DNA of 64,000 nt, taken from Neocallimastix sp. 'constans'. Lineage: Eukaryota. The notes beneath the pieces were generated by a model. The model was not told where the DNA came from. It saw only the letters and a list, made by a program, of their open reading frames with translations, and searched no databases. The position numbers and the translations under genes are program-made. Where the stretch lies: the NCBI GenBank assembly GCA_050613775.1, contig JBODTK010000014.1, positions 1,054,001 through 1,118,000 on the forward strand. The letters run 5' to 3'. Below, piece by piece: positions 24,401 through 38,239 of the stretch; position 1 is the stretch's first letter; each line of letters starts with the position of its first letter.

Positions 24401-26106
24401 ATTATTATTTTGTATATCTAAGCTATTACATACAGCGTTATTTGATTCAAAATTAAGTTTATTTTTAAAAGACTATATCTTATATGTTTTTGATTTATTA
24501 GAAGATACGGTACATAATCTATTTCTCTTATTATTATAAATTGTAACTAAATTTTTGTTATTTTTTCTATAAAATATAATTTTGTAATTTGAATTACATA
24601 GACTTCCAATGGATAATAAGCTCCTTTTAAATTCTGGAATATATAGTACATCTTTAAATTTTATTTTATTTTCATTAATATAACCTATGATAGTACCTAT
24701 ATATTTTGATTCAACAAAATATACTCTTTCTTTATGCTTTTGAATATCACTAAGGCAGTCTAAGTTGTGTGTCATATTGTAGGAGGCTCCAGAATCTAAG
24801 GTCCATTGAATAATTATATTATTATTTATATTGGTGTTATTTTCTTCTTCATTGCTATCAGATGTATAATATTCTTTATCTAAGATTGGTAGTATTTTTT
24901 CTTTTATAGTGCCTCGGCCTGTTGTTAATCAAAGCACTATTAGCAGCGTTATTATATTCATGATTATTAAAGTCTTCATTTAACGCATTGCTTATAAAAG
25001 CATCTTGGTAGTCGTAATTTTTTATTCCCGAACTGTTCGCCTCAACATTATTTGAATAATTTTTTTTATGTTTATTTTTACATTTATTTTTATTTTTATT
25101 TTTATTTTTATTTTTGAATTTGCATGTATCAGCCTTATGTCCTAATTTATGGCAAATGTAACATCTTGGAACCCTTTTCTTATTTTTGTATTCTTTATTG
25201 TAATTCTGATTACTAGTGGTTCCATTGGAATTGGAATATAAACTGACTGATTTTATTTCTTGGTTTTGTTTATATGATTTGGATTCCCTTAACTCCTTTA
25301 GACGATTTATTGTTTTTATTGCCGATTCAGAGCATTCATTCCAATTGTTTTCATAAACTAATATTCTAGTTCTTATTGCTAAATGAGTTGGTATTGAATT
25401 ATTTATATATTTATATAAATTATAAATTATTAAATAATTGTATTGAAATATTAATTTATTTTATTTTTTTATAATTAAACATTTATTATTATAATCTTAT
25501 TATTATTTAATTATTATTATTATTATTATTACAATCATCAAGGCCTATGCTTCAATTCAAAGCGTAGTATCAGGGTTGGGTGAAATAATCATTTGAGGGA
25601 AAGCCTTATTGATCTAAAACAAATATGTGTAGTAACATATTTGTATATTTAATAATAATTATTAAATATTAAATTTATATCTTTTTGATAATTATTTTTA
25701 TAATATATTATTAGTTATTCATTATTATATTATAATTACTATTATATTATATATTATTTTATAATATATTGAATTATATATTTATATTATACTATATTAT
25801 ATAATATATTATTATGTATTATTTTATATTTATTTTATATTCTTACATATAATATACATTTATTATTTAAATATATATATTATATTCTTATATATATAAT
25901 TTATATTATATGTTTAAAATGTATTTTATATTATTATTATTATAATTTTAAAAATGTAAATTTCTTAATAACAACCAATTTCTAATAAAATTAATTTATA
26001 AAAGGGGTTTTTAATTATTTTAGGAAAAGTAATAATAAATTAATTAAATATATAACTATATTATTATAATTAAAATATAGCACATAAAAGTCCCGCATAT
26101 CAATAT

Positions 26107-26124
26107 TGGTGGAGATATCGGGGA
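26107..26124 (+). promoter_or_regulatory. 18-nt PBS TGGTGGAGATATCGGGGA (tRNA-Ala)
   Basis: Reverse complement TCCCCGATATCTCCACCA matches the typical 3' end of eukaryotic tRNA-Ala (...TCCCCGGCATCTCCACCA). Confidence 0.9.
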
Positions 26125-27138
26125 TGTGCAGTAATATAGTTGTATTATTTTTATAAGTGTTTTATTAAGAGATATATTTTTATTATAATTATTTTCGTGT
26201 GTTAATTTATTAAGTTTAAATATAATATTATTTGAAAATTAATAATTACGCGTCAAAAAAATATATATATATATATTTTATTTTATTCTTATTAATTAAA
26301 GGCAGCTGGGAATTGGGACCAGGATAAAAACGAATAAGTCTTTAATTACTATTTAGATTTAGTTAATAGTGATAAGTTAGTTAATTGTAATATTTTATTT
26401 GTAATTAAAGATAACTGGGAGTTTAAACCAGTATAAAAACGAATAAGCCTTTAATTATTAGCTATTAGTTTATTATATAAAAAATAATAATAATAATAAT
26501 AATTGATAAACAAATTATAATAATAAATATAAAATGTTTATGCTGAAAGTTGTCTTTTAGTTCTTAACGTTAGATAAGAAGTTTTTAACAACTTTTATTA
26601 ATAAAAATTTATTTGTTTATTTTATTATATAAAAATAAACTTTTTATTAACACAAAACTATTTTTAATAAATAATTAAATAAAATTAATTATCTTATATT
26701 TTAGTTATATTCTCTTTAATATAACTAAAAAAAATATATTTTTGTTTATGTATTTATTTTATTTATTATAAAATAACATACAACTGGACTTTTATTATTT
26801 ATTTTCTCTTTTTCTTTTTTTTTTAATAAAGTCTACTTTTCTAAATTATTTCTTAATTAAATTTTTATACTATAATTTTCATAATAATTTAAGTTTATAA
26901 TATTAATATAATAATACAATAATAATTTATAAATAGTAATATATAAAAATAATATAAATTAATTAATATAAAATAATATAAAATAAACTTTAAATACATT
27001 ATTAAACTACATTAATTTCATTTCATACATTTGGTATACATTTTGTTTGTTTACATTTTCATAAAATTTATATAATTTTATAATAATTCTTTATCAATAA
27101 TAATAATAAAGTAGTAATAAATAGTATTAATTAGTAGC

Positions 27139-27177
<39 letters not shown>

Positions 27178-27379
27178 TTAAAATAATATTAATAGAATTA
27201 ATAGAAATAATAGTAATAAATAATATTAAATAGTAAAAAAAAAAAAAAAAATTTAATAGTGACTAAATTATATATTTAATTGTTATAAAATATAAAACGA
27301 GTTTTTATTAGTTAATAAGACTATATTGTTAAACTTATTATATATATATAAAATATTAATTATCCTGAATTTTGTGACG

Positions 27380-27862
27380 ATGTCAGGTTCATCTACTCCT
27401 TCGATAGATCTGGTGGATATTAATGATGTTGATAGTAGAACTCTACCAAGGATTGGAGGTGTTCATAAAGATGCAGAGATCTGGAAGTTCCGTATTACTG
27501 ACTGGTTTAGAAGAGAGCGTATATTTAGTGATGAAGGTAAATTTAGTTATATCATTGCAGCTTGTGAGGATGATATTGTTAGGGTCCTTCACTCAGAACG
27601 AATTAAGTTGGGTCGTATTCTAACACTTGATGAATGCGTAAACCTGATTAAAAAGAAATATTGGAGAGAAAATATGAAAGAAGATAAATTACGACAAATT
27701 AAGAAAATTATGATCAATCCAAATGAAAGTATCTATGACTTTAATACAAGATTCTTGGAATTATATGATCATGTTTTGAAAGATTGCGTTGCTTTTGCTA
27801 GGTTCCAAAATGATCCAAATTATGAAAGTTACATTAATTCTTTATATTCTCAAAAAAACTAG
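27380..27862 (+). pseudogene. Gypsy gag (capsid), internally deleted
   Basis: LPRIGGVHKDAEIW...NESIYDFNTRFLELY (major-homology-like region); position downstream of LTR and PBS. Confidence 0.75.
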
Positions 27863-28429
27863 AGAAGGGAAGAAGGCTAACTTCCTTTAATCAAAATGCC
27901 AACCCTAGTATATTTGCAGTTAATAATTGGAATGATAGATATCAAGATATAATTGCAGCTGCAAAACATAGTAGGGATGAAAAATATTCTACATTATTAC
28001 CAAATTCTAAAAGAACTGCAACTAATAAAATTATTAATAATACAAATAATAATAATGAATTGAACAACTTAAACAATAATATTAATAATAATTCGAATAA
28101 TAATAATGATATAAAAATTAATAAACCTAACCCAAAGGAAACTATAGATTTTAATTCATTCTTTATGAGAATAAATATACTATTTTTTAAATGTGTATCG
28201 TTTAAAATTAGACTACCAAAAAGGAATTTGTTTAACTAAATTGCATTAGTAATAAATTAATTTGAAATAATTATTTATTATTTTTATCTATTTATTTATT
28301 TTTTATTTATGTTATATTTTTAAATAAATAATAATTTTTATTACTTTTTGCATAAAATTTTATTATTGTAAAATTATTTTATATAATATTTTATTGTATA
28401 ATGTAATTATACAATAAAATATTATTAAT

Positions 28430-29520
28430 ACAATCATCCTATAATCCAACAGGAACTAAGAACTTCCTTGGTCAAAACATCTTTAAAACATGGGATGATG
28501 AATTTTATCTCCTACTCAAGAGATATAAATTAAATAAATACGTTGAAGAAAACATAATGAAAACACTATAAGTTAATCAAATATAAATAAGTACATAGAA
28601 GTAAGAAATAACAAAATTTAGTCTATGTAACAATCAATTACTGAAGAAATGATAGCCGAGGCCAACTTAACAAAATCACTAATGGGCAATAGCATTAGTG
28701 AAGAAATAAAACAAAAACACTACTTTAAATATAATACAGCATATGAAATATACAAAATAATAAGTACCCAAAACAAATACTTAGAAAATGAAAAAAAAAG
28801 CCATCTTAAATGAACTTGATGACTTAAAATTCGATGAAAATAAGGAAACCATGTCAACGTTCATAGCTCATATGAACTATTTGTATATAGAATTAGAAAA
28901 TTTTGGGTTTAAACTATACCAGTAGAAAATAAAGAATTAAGATAATTAAAATTTAAAGAAACTAAAATATAGAAGTTCCTATTGGTAACTTACTTTTCCT
29001 CAGTATATATATATGATCATTTTTATACTCAGCTTCAAAAGCTGCAAGTAAATCAAAAAAATCAAATACTGAAGAATGGAACAACATTTTGAAAAGTTTT
29101 AAATCTATAAGGTATAAAAGATTATGGAATCAACTCCAACAACCATTCAAATATTAAAACTTATACTAATGTTAATTATAAAGAAGATGTAGAAATAAGA
29201 AAGTCAACAACAGGATTTGTCTAAACTTATGGTAATACGTCAATAAGCAAGCTGGTGTTCCAAATTGTAGCACTGTATATCAATATATTTAATTGCTGAA
29301 GTTGAATATTACAGTCAGTGAATGTAGTAAGTAACTCTATATGTGATATATAAATATTTTAAATGAACTTAAACAATATATAAGAACCATAGAAATAAAT
29401 AAAGAAAACCAAGCAACTTATATATAATGCTAAAATTCAAACCGATAATCTAAAAACTAAATATATGGACATCAGGGTACATTATATTAGAGAATAATAA
29501 AATTAAGAGATATAAATCTG
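28430..29520 (+). pseudogene. Highly decayed Copia remnant (gag fused to RT end / RNase H)
   Basis: NIFKTWDDEFYLLL, NSISEEIK, NTAYEIYK (gag); then KAASKSK, RKSTTGF, SWCSKL, AEVEYYS (RT end / RNase H). Confidence 0.65.
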
Positions 29521-31019
29521 AAATTCAAATATATTTATATTTAATTTATATTTAAGATATTTCTAATATAACAATCAAGAAAGTTATATTTGATATGAAA
29601 TATTATAAGTTTAAAAATTTAATAATTATATTGCTTCATAACATCAAATAATATAAAGATAGATATTTTAAAAGAAAATAAGTTCATATTTTACTTAAAA
29701 ACTCTTCAATAACAACTAAATATAATATATATAAAATATATGATTATAAAGTTAACTAAATTTAGTGTTTACGTTTAGATTTTTTGTGTTTTCATAATAT
29801 TATATAAAATGTTGTAAAAAATATAATTATAAATTAATTTTATAACATATCCATATATAATATGTTATATATATAGATATTAATATAAATTATAAAATTT
29901 AATAATAGAAAAAATAATAAAATAATAAAGGTCTTTATGATTTTCAAAGGGTATTTATTATTTTTGAATTATTAATAATCATTGAACGTAATTTTATGCG
30001 ATTAAAATATGATTCTCACATAAATAGATTTGATTTGATTCTTTTATTTTAAAAAATTAATTTATTTTTTATATTCAAGAAAAGAACAAAGAAATAAAAT
30101 AAATAATAACTTTTAATTATTTATAGGATATTAAAATAATTCGATAGCATTTTCAATAAATGAAATGAAAGTAATATAATTTACTACATGTTAATCACTA
30201 TTATAATTTAAAAATAATTTATTATACACTTTTTAAGGATATGAAAAGTTTATTAGCAGAAATTATTTTTCTTTGTAATTTCGATTTATGATAATTTAAA
30301 GTAACTATTAATAATAGATCTTTAGAATAAATTTAATTTAAAAATTCAATATTATAAATACTTATTTTAATTATAATTAAAAACAAAACTTAATAAAGTA
30401 ATTTAAATTGATCAATTTAATTCCAAAACAATAAAATATATTATTAAATAATAAATATGATAGTTATATTTTTTAATTAAATTTTGATAATTGATAATTT
30501 ATTAAAATATAATTAAATTATTTTAATAATACTTTTAATTCCATGGGTTCTTAATATTAATAAATGATCTATATTATATTTTATTTGAAATCTATAGTTC
30601 AATCTGTTTAAAAAGTAAATAGAAAATTTAATAAATATAAGTAACAAATTCTACTTAATTTTAATATCTAATAAATTGAACTTAAAATAATCTTTACAAT
30701 AAATATTAAAATAAATTAAAATTGGATAGTTATACAATTATTAAATATTGTAAAGATAATCAATTAAAATCTTTTAATTAAATAACTTTTGTTCAATAAT
30801 TCATTTGTTAATTATTAAAAATAAGAATAATTTATTTAAATTTTAATAAAATTCATAGCTTAAAATAAACTTGCAATATCTTCTTAATATTTTAAATGTA
30901 TTTTTAACAATATTTTATTATTATAAATTACTTTAATAATATTTAATTGACTCAATGTTTTAATAGATTATTATTCCTGTTGAATTTTCCAATTAATTAT
31001 AATCTAATAATTAAATATT

Positions 31020-34000
31020 AAAAAGATTTGTAGAGAATCCTCAAGAGGTCAATAATTTCATACTATGGTAAGAATTTGAAATTAAAAATACTGAATATTA
31101 CTTTAAAATAAATTCAAAATGTATTTAAAAATTATTAAAATTTATTTATTATGAAAAATCTAACGATATTAATATAAAAATTATTTCAATTCAAAACAAA
31201 TTAATAACAAAATTAATTAAATAATTATAGTAATATTTATGTATTAATTACATGTATTAAATAAAATTAATAAATAATATTTAATTGCGTAATATAAATA
31301 TTATAGTTTAATTTTAATAAATCATGTATTAAAAATTAATTACAAAATTATAATAGTATTAAACAAATAATTATAATAATATGAAATTAATAATATAATT
31401 AGTAAATTATATTATTAATAAATAATATTAATATTAAAAATTATTTTATTTTAATATTACCAAATTTTATGAAGTACTAAAATTTTTTTTATGAATGGAA
31501 ATATTCTTTCGACCGCTGGTGAAAAATCTATGAATTAAAGTTGTAGAGAAAATAGATTACCTATTCACAATTACAGATGAATTGTAATTATTCATAATTT
31601 ATTATAGTAACAATTATGAAACAATTTTATATAATCTAGGAAAATATTACAAAGAAACATCATCTAAAAATTTCAAAATTTTAAAATTGTCCTCACTAAA
31701 TATAAAGGTGAAAGTATTATATTTCGATTGAAAATTTTACTAAGACTTTCAAATCTCTTAAATCATATTAATAAAACAGTTACTATATGATCAAAGTTAC
31801 CTTATAAGACATTAATGTCTTTAGAAAATGAAATATACAAAAATTTAATAGAACTAATTTTATTTGAAGGAATAATGAAAATTACCCCAATTAATTATAA
31901 ACAAGATCTTGATAATTGCCTCAAGGAAAATGTAAATAAACCACCAAAAGAATAGGCCATAAATCAACAAGTATTTGAAAAATCAATCCCATATTCTATT
32001 AACAGGAACAAAACTAAAGTTGGAAATTTTAGAATAAAGGATTATTGAGAAAAAATATAAAGAATTTACTTTTAATGGTATAACAAATAGAAATTAGTTA
32101 AACAAAATTATAGATATTCAATAATTATAAAGGAATTAAATATCTAACACAAGATAAAATAATATTTAGCTAATTTTTCTTCACTATTTGAATACATTTT
32201 CCTTTTTGATCTTAAAAATACTTATTTTCTTCTAAGTAAATATAATTATAACTGTAAATATATAGTGCATTTGTTTTTGATAAGCGAATGGTGAGTTCCA
32301 AGTTTTGGTCTTATTAATGCACTAAAAAACTTCCAACAAATTTTAAACATGATTAAATAATGAAGTTGATGTATACTTTAATAATTGTTCATATTCATAG
32401 CTATATTTATAAAAAATGAATAAATAATTATAAATGTGCTTAATAAAGATTCAAGAAATAACATTTGTTTGTAAACAGCTAAAATGCCTTTTTTTATAGA
32501 GAAGACAAATATTTATTTATGCTTTAAGATTAAAGATATTTTAATTATTTCCAAAAATATTAACTTAATCAAAAATATTAATACTAACTAATAATAATGA
32601 TACCAAAAAGAATAGAATAAAATCTGCTCAATAAATTACAAGTCTCTTTAATTATTTAAAGAATTTATTTCCAACATTATTAATAAATTCAATTAACTTT
32701 AGGAAAACACATTTATTAAAACATAGAAACATAGATAACAAAGAAAAATAATGTACTAAGGAATTCAATCAATGAAATTAGTAATATCTGGTCTTGGTCT
32801 ACTTTAACTGGATAATCATTTTCTTATTTTCACAAATTCTTCAGAGTATGAAAGTAATAAAAATAATGAATTTGATATATAAAATTATAATTATAAAAAT
32901 AACAAAAGTAATAATGTTACTATTATTAAAATCAAGAGACAACAGACATCAAAAGAAATATTTTAGAAATAAAATTACAAAAATATCAAAAATTTAAAAG
33001 ATATATAAAATTTTAAAAACAGCTCTCCATAATTACTAAGTCTATCTTTATTAGAAACTAGAATAAAAACTAAAATAAATAGTAAAAATAATATTATATT
33101 CTTTCAAATTCTTACTAAGTATTATTGAAAGCCGTAATATATCAAATGTATATTTAATAAAACAAAATATCTCAATAATACAAAAATTTTTAATTAATTG
33201 TAAAAATAAAATAAGACTAAAAATGAAATTAAAATAATACTTATATATAATATTATAATAAAAGAATACAACACAATTTTGAAATTAAAAATAAATATTA
33301 AATTAACAATAAGTAATAAAGTTAAATAATTGATAATATAAATTCATATAATTATTGTAATTGTTGACAGAAATATTCAAAAGATATACATAATTTTAAA
33401 TGAATCGGCTGAAAGAAATTTATTGTAATAATTTTATAAAATTACTAAAATAATAAATAAATGAATTATTCTTCATTTATAATCATTGATATAATTTCAG
33501 GAGATTAAGAAAATTAATTCAAAAAACTTCAGAGAAAATAATAAATGCTATTCAAAATGCAATTAGAAAAAAATTTAAAAAATTTATTAAATAACATGTA
33601 CATGTCAAAATTACTCTCTCAATTAAAAACGGTTAACTTAATTTATCATTGAATTCCAACTTCAAAAATCCAATATAAACTTTCTAAAGAAAACTCAATT
33701 ATATTAAAAATGAAATATTAATATTTTTAGATATAAAAAGATTAAATCAATCATTACATTCTCCTTATGCATTCCTAGAGTCCTATTAGTACAAAATAAG
33801 TATGGAAAATGAAAAATTTTGATCTATTAAAAATTATGTTCTTCCATTTATAGATGAACTGATGATCATTTATAAAAAGAGTAAAAAATTTTCAGGTATA
33901 TTTTTTTCAATGTATCATCAAATAACTTGTTATGAATAATAAATATATAGTTTAATCTTTTTCAATGAAATATAGATTATTACAATATTTTATGATGTCT

Positions 34001-34600
34001 TTTTTAATCAATACACCATAATTCATTCAATTCATTTAGGACTAAGATAGATTATTTTAATATTAATTATTTATTAAACATTTGTAAAAAATGAATCATT
34101 CCATTATTTCAATTACTAAAAATAATACAATATTTTGGAGTAAATTAAATTATATGAAAATTATAAAAAATGTCTATTAAAGGACTCTATTTTATCATTT
34201 CTGAATTTTATAAACTATTTAAACGAACAGATACAATCTTAAAAAATTTGACAGTTTATTCTTACAAATAGAAGATGATAGTATAGAGAAATATAATATA
34301 CTTTGTAAATAAAATTAATTGAGAAAAATTATTCTATTGCCGATTTAAAAAGATTACAATAATCTACTGATTGAAAAAATTCAGAGAATACTTAATAAGT
34401 AGTAAATATACAATATTTATAGCCAACAATTAATCATTATTAGATTTTTCTATAGTCCTAATAAAGATATATATTAAAACAAATTATATCCTATTAAAAG
34501 ATTTTAACAAATATGATATTAAAAGTGAAAGTTTTTGAGAGGTTTTACCTATTATATACTACTATCGAAATCTAATTAAATTATATATTGTATTAATGCC
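31020..34600 (+). pseudogene. Very old Gypsy gag/PR/RT traces
   Basis: Only short motifs remain: FGLINA at ~32305, KCLF at ~32483, SPYA..VLLVQNKYGK at ~33760, IDEL and YHQI at ~33850-33920. Confidence 0.35.
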
Positions 34601-36151
34601 ATATTAAGTGAAATTAACCAATAAGATTTAGATTACTAGAATGTAAAAGAAAATATTTTCTAAAGCAATTATTTAATTATTAATACATTATAAATAATTC
34701 ATTTATATTTTTCAATTAAATTATTTTATTGAAAGGGCACATTAAGATATTCTATTAATTGAATTTAAAATAATAATGTTCCTAAATTTAACAGTAAGAA
34801 CTATTACTAGTAATAACAAAAGATGTATGTCCGCCATTAAGGAAAAAGAAAAATCTACCTTAAGAATAATATAATTATATTACAGACATAGAATTTGGAA
34901 TGAGTTTAAATCTAGGATCTAATAAATATTCAAAATAATGAATATAAATAAATGAATAACTTTGCAAATGAAATTTTCTTTATTTTAAATAGAGTGTTAC
35001 GAAATTACTATCTTTCTTATTGTAAACTTTTTGAACCGATACTATTTGTTTCTTTATTTTTGAAATAACTGGAAAAAATATTTCATATACTAACATATTA
35101 TCAAAAGGATCATACATATAGTTAGACAAACTTCCAGAAATGTCCTTATTCTTTAATTTCTTTATAATTTCAAATCTTACGTATCAATCAAAGTTATTTA
35201 TTGTTAAAAAGTGTATTATATTATATTATATTTCTCCATCATAAATAATTATCATAATTAAGTTTGATTGATCTATTGGTATATTTAGAATAATTAAAAG
35301 TAATAGCATCTAAATTACCATAGGTAATTTTGTTAGTCAACATTTTATTGATTGATTTTGAGTTCACCTTCTCGATTTATATTATTTGTTTTTAATTTAT
35401 TTGAACTTAATATTTATTTAGCTTGATTTATTCAAAAACTAAATATTAATATACAATTTTTTATTATTTTTTAGTATATTTTTTAAATATTATATCTATA
35501 TAAATATTATTATTATATATTATTAATTAAATATATAATAAATTTTACAAAAAACTTTATGTTCTATTGCGAAAATAATGCTTATTTTATTAAATTTAAT
35601 TATTTTTTTATTGATCATATGTAAATTATATATTCTTTTATTAATGAAAAATTTTAAACAACATTAGATATCAATTTAATAAAGAATTATTTTAATATTA
35701 TTTGATAATAATATTATTGACTTAATATTAATATTTATAATAATAGTTAATTGATGAAAAATATTAATAATTTATATATTTTAAAAATTAACATTAGTAA
35801 TATATTATATAATAATAATAATAATTTTATAACTTTAACAAATAAATATAAATATTTAAAATATATTTTAATTTGTGTTATTAATTAACAAAAATTAATA
35901 AACTCTAAATAAGTTTATATAATTTTTTAATTATTAAAACATTTCGTAAACTTAACCAAGTAGGTTTATCGAGCTATAATTTATTAAAGCTATTTTAATA
36001 AAACATTTTTCATTTTAAATATATTTATGTAATAGTGCATTTTCAAACTTTTATAAATAAATTACATTATGCAAATATTAATAAATTTATTTTATATTAT
36101 TTAATAAATATATATATTTTTGAAAATATATTTAAGGTAAATTTATAAATT

Positions 36152-37650
36152 TCAAATAAAAGTTAACGCCATAATTACATATGGCGTTAAGCAATCGAGT
36201 TTGATTATTGCCATTAATAACACAGAATAGAATTCTTTTTGAACTAATATTGTATTTTCAAAAGATAAATTTAGGCTTAATGGAAGTAAAAGAGTAAAAG
36301 AGATCTCAAATACAACATCTGGAATATCTACAAGGCTTTCATGAATTATAAAGAAATATTCATTCAAAGAGAATTATCCTTTTTGCAAATCAAAGTCCTT
36401 TTGCGATGTGTAACGCTTTACTTTAGACTTATAATACTTGCGAAAATCAGTTCATTTTATTTTGATATTTTCAGTTATTTACAAATTTTTTTGATTATGT
36501 CAGAATCGACAAAATCATTATGTCTCCTCATATTATAGATTCCTACTAAAGTATCTTAAATAAACTTGAACATAAATGAACAGTTTTTAAAAGAACGAAT
36601 AATATTAGCAATATTTAATTTTATTTAGTTCCGTTTAGCTTCATCACTAGAATATGTCCATTTCATCCCCATCAAAAACTACTTGGAAACGCTTGCAATG
36701 AGCAGTTAAATTGAAATGAAACAACTACTTGGATAATAACAAACTGCAAGAAACGAAATAATTTGAATATCAGTTGTTTATTAATAATAACCATAATAAT
36801 AATGTTTATATACAAACGGAATCAATGAATTTCTTAAGAATTAAAATGTAATCCAATGAAGTATCAATATTTTATACGATTACACTCCTAAAACAAAGGT
36901 TTTGTTGTTTTGCTAAACATATACTTTTAAATACTCCTGTTTTTTAAAATAATATCTGTTCTTTATGTATCTTCTTCTGTATCTACTGTTTCATGAAATC
37001 CTATTATTTTTGGAAATAAAATTATTATATATAGAAATACTATGTGTCCACCCAGTATTTCCAATTAATATAGAAAATAAAAAAGGTAATCATAAATAAT
37101 ATCCCAATATTGTTTATAAATACTTTTTCATTTTCTTTTAAATCAATGGATCATTCGTAAATTTTAATAACAAACTTTTCTGCATATTTTCATCAATGAT
37201 TAAATTTTTAATTGCCAAAAGAAATTCATATTCTGAATAAGTTATCCTTTTTTGCTTTTTGTTACTTCTTCTTTCAATATCCGAACTGTTTACTACATTT
37301 TTTTTATGAAATGAAAACGAGGCGGGAATTATTCGCTTTTTGCATCAAATAGATTTTTCCATTATTTGATTTTTTTATATTTGTTAAATACAAGGCGGGA
37401 TTTCTTTAAATAAAATATTTATAAATAAAGGATGTACAAATCTACTATTAAGTGATATTCTTCCTAAATGACCTGGACATTCCATAATTGACTTATATGC
37501 TTATATTGTTTATAAATAATTGTAGTTCCAATGTATAAACAGTGTTATTATCTACTAATACATGTTTTAAGAATATTAAGACTGAATTATATTCCAAATT
37601 ATTATTGTCATAGAGTTTCAAAATAAAAGGAATGAACTATTAATAATAAA
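36152..37650 (-). pseudogene. Decayed DNA-directed RNA polymerase largest subunit (Rpb1/beta-prime family), N-terminal part, probably of viral or linear-plasmid origin
   Basis: Manual minus-strand translation gives collinear motifs: ECPGHLGRISL...VHPLF (37468-37479 = CPGH); KKTGVFKSICLAKQQNLCFRSVI (~36880-36945, GKR region); VIINKQ (~36780, NRQP); SFQFNCSL/CKRFQVVFDGDEMDIF (36659-36676 = FDGDEM); FI*DTLVGIYNM (~36540-36564, VQDTLCG). Several stops and frameshifts. Confidence 0.85.
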
Positions 37651-38239
37651 AGAATAATAAATAAATAATAAATAAGCGCCTACTCAATATTAATCGAAAC
37701 AAATCGAATAAAGACTTATTGAATTAGTTTTAATTTATTTTATAAAATTATTTAATTTTAGATTTGTTTTTGTTAATTTTATATTGAATCTATGTATAAT
37801 TAGACAGAAATAGTATATTAGAATATAATTAGGAAAAAATAAAAATACATGAAATTTTTTATTGATTAAAAAGGAATGTAGTTGTTAACTATTTTAAAGT
37901 TAATAAAAAAGAAAAGAAATTTTAATAAAAGAGATATTAACGAAAAGAAGTTTTTAAAAAAGAACACGTTCTAAATTAAGATTAATAATAATGAAAGTAA
38001 CAAAATGAAAAATGATAAAATTAAATATAACGAATTTAAATGTAATATAAATAATATTAATATATTTAATAATATTATACACAAAAATAATAGTGAAAAT
38101 AATATCATGGAAAATAAATTGAATGTAAGTTATATAGTATTTCAAACTGAATAAGATAATAAACATAATTTTCATAATAATAATAATCATATTAATGTTA
38201 ATGATGTTTATATACATTATTTAGAACTTATCATTCTTC

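Larger units (their letters stand above)
20342..25405 (-). mobile_element. Ty1/Copia element B (gag 3' half, PR, IN, RT, RNase H, PPT, 3' LTR); 5' end missing
   Basis: Zinc knuckle CYICHKLGHKADTC at ~25125-25165; WTLDSGASY at ~24790; WHRRLGH at ~24365; frameshifted integrase; RT-RH ORF; PPT AGGAGGAA at 20583-20590; LTR from 20582 down to ~20342. Confidence 0.9.
25610..28140 (+). mobile_element. Gypsy-3: LTR, tRNA-Ala PBS, 1.25-kb leader, truncated gag
   Basis: LTR 25610-26102 (TG...CA, same ends as 2660-3348); PBS 26107-26124; gag from ATG 27380. Confidence 0.85.

Noticed and set aside
36152..37650. Functional host RPB1/RPC1/RPA1 gene
   Set aside because: Multiple stops and frameshifts, the catalytic DFDGD reads VFDGD, the C-terminal part is missing, and invariant eukaryotic motifs are strongly diverged.
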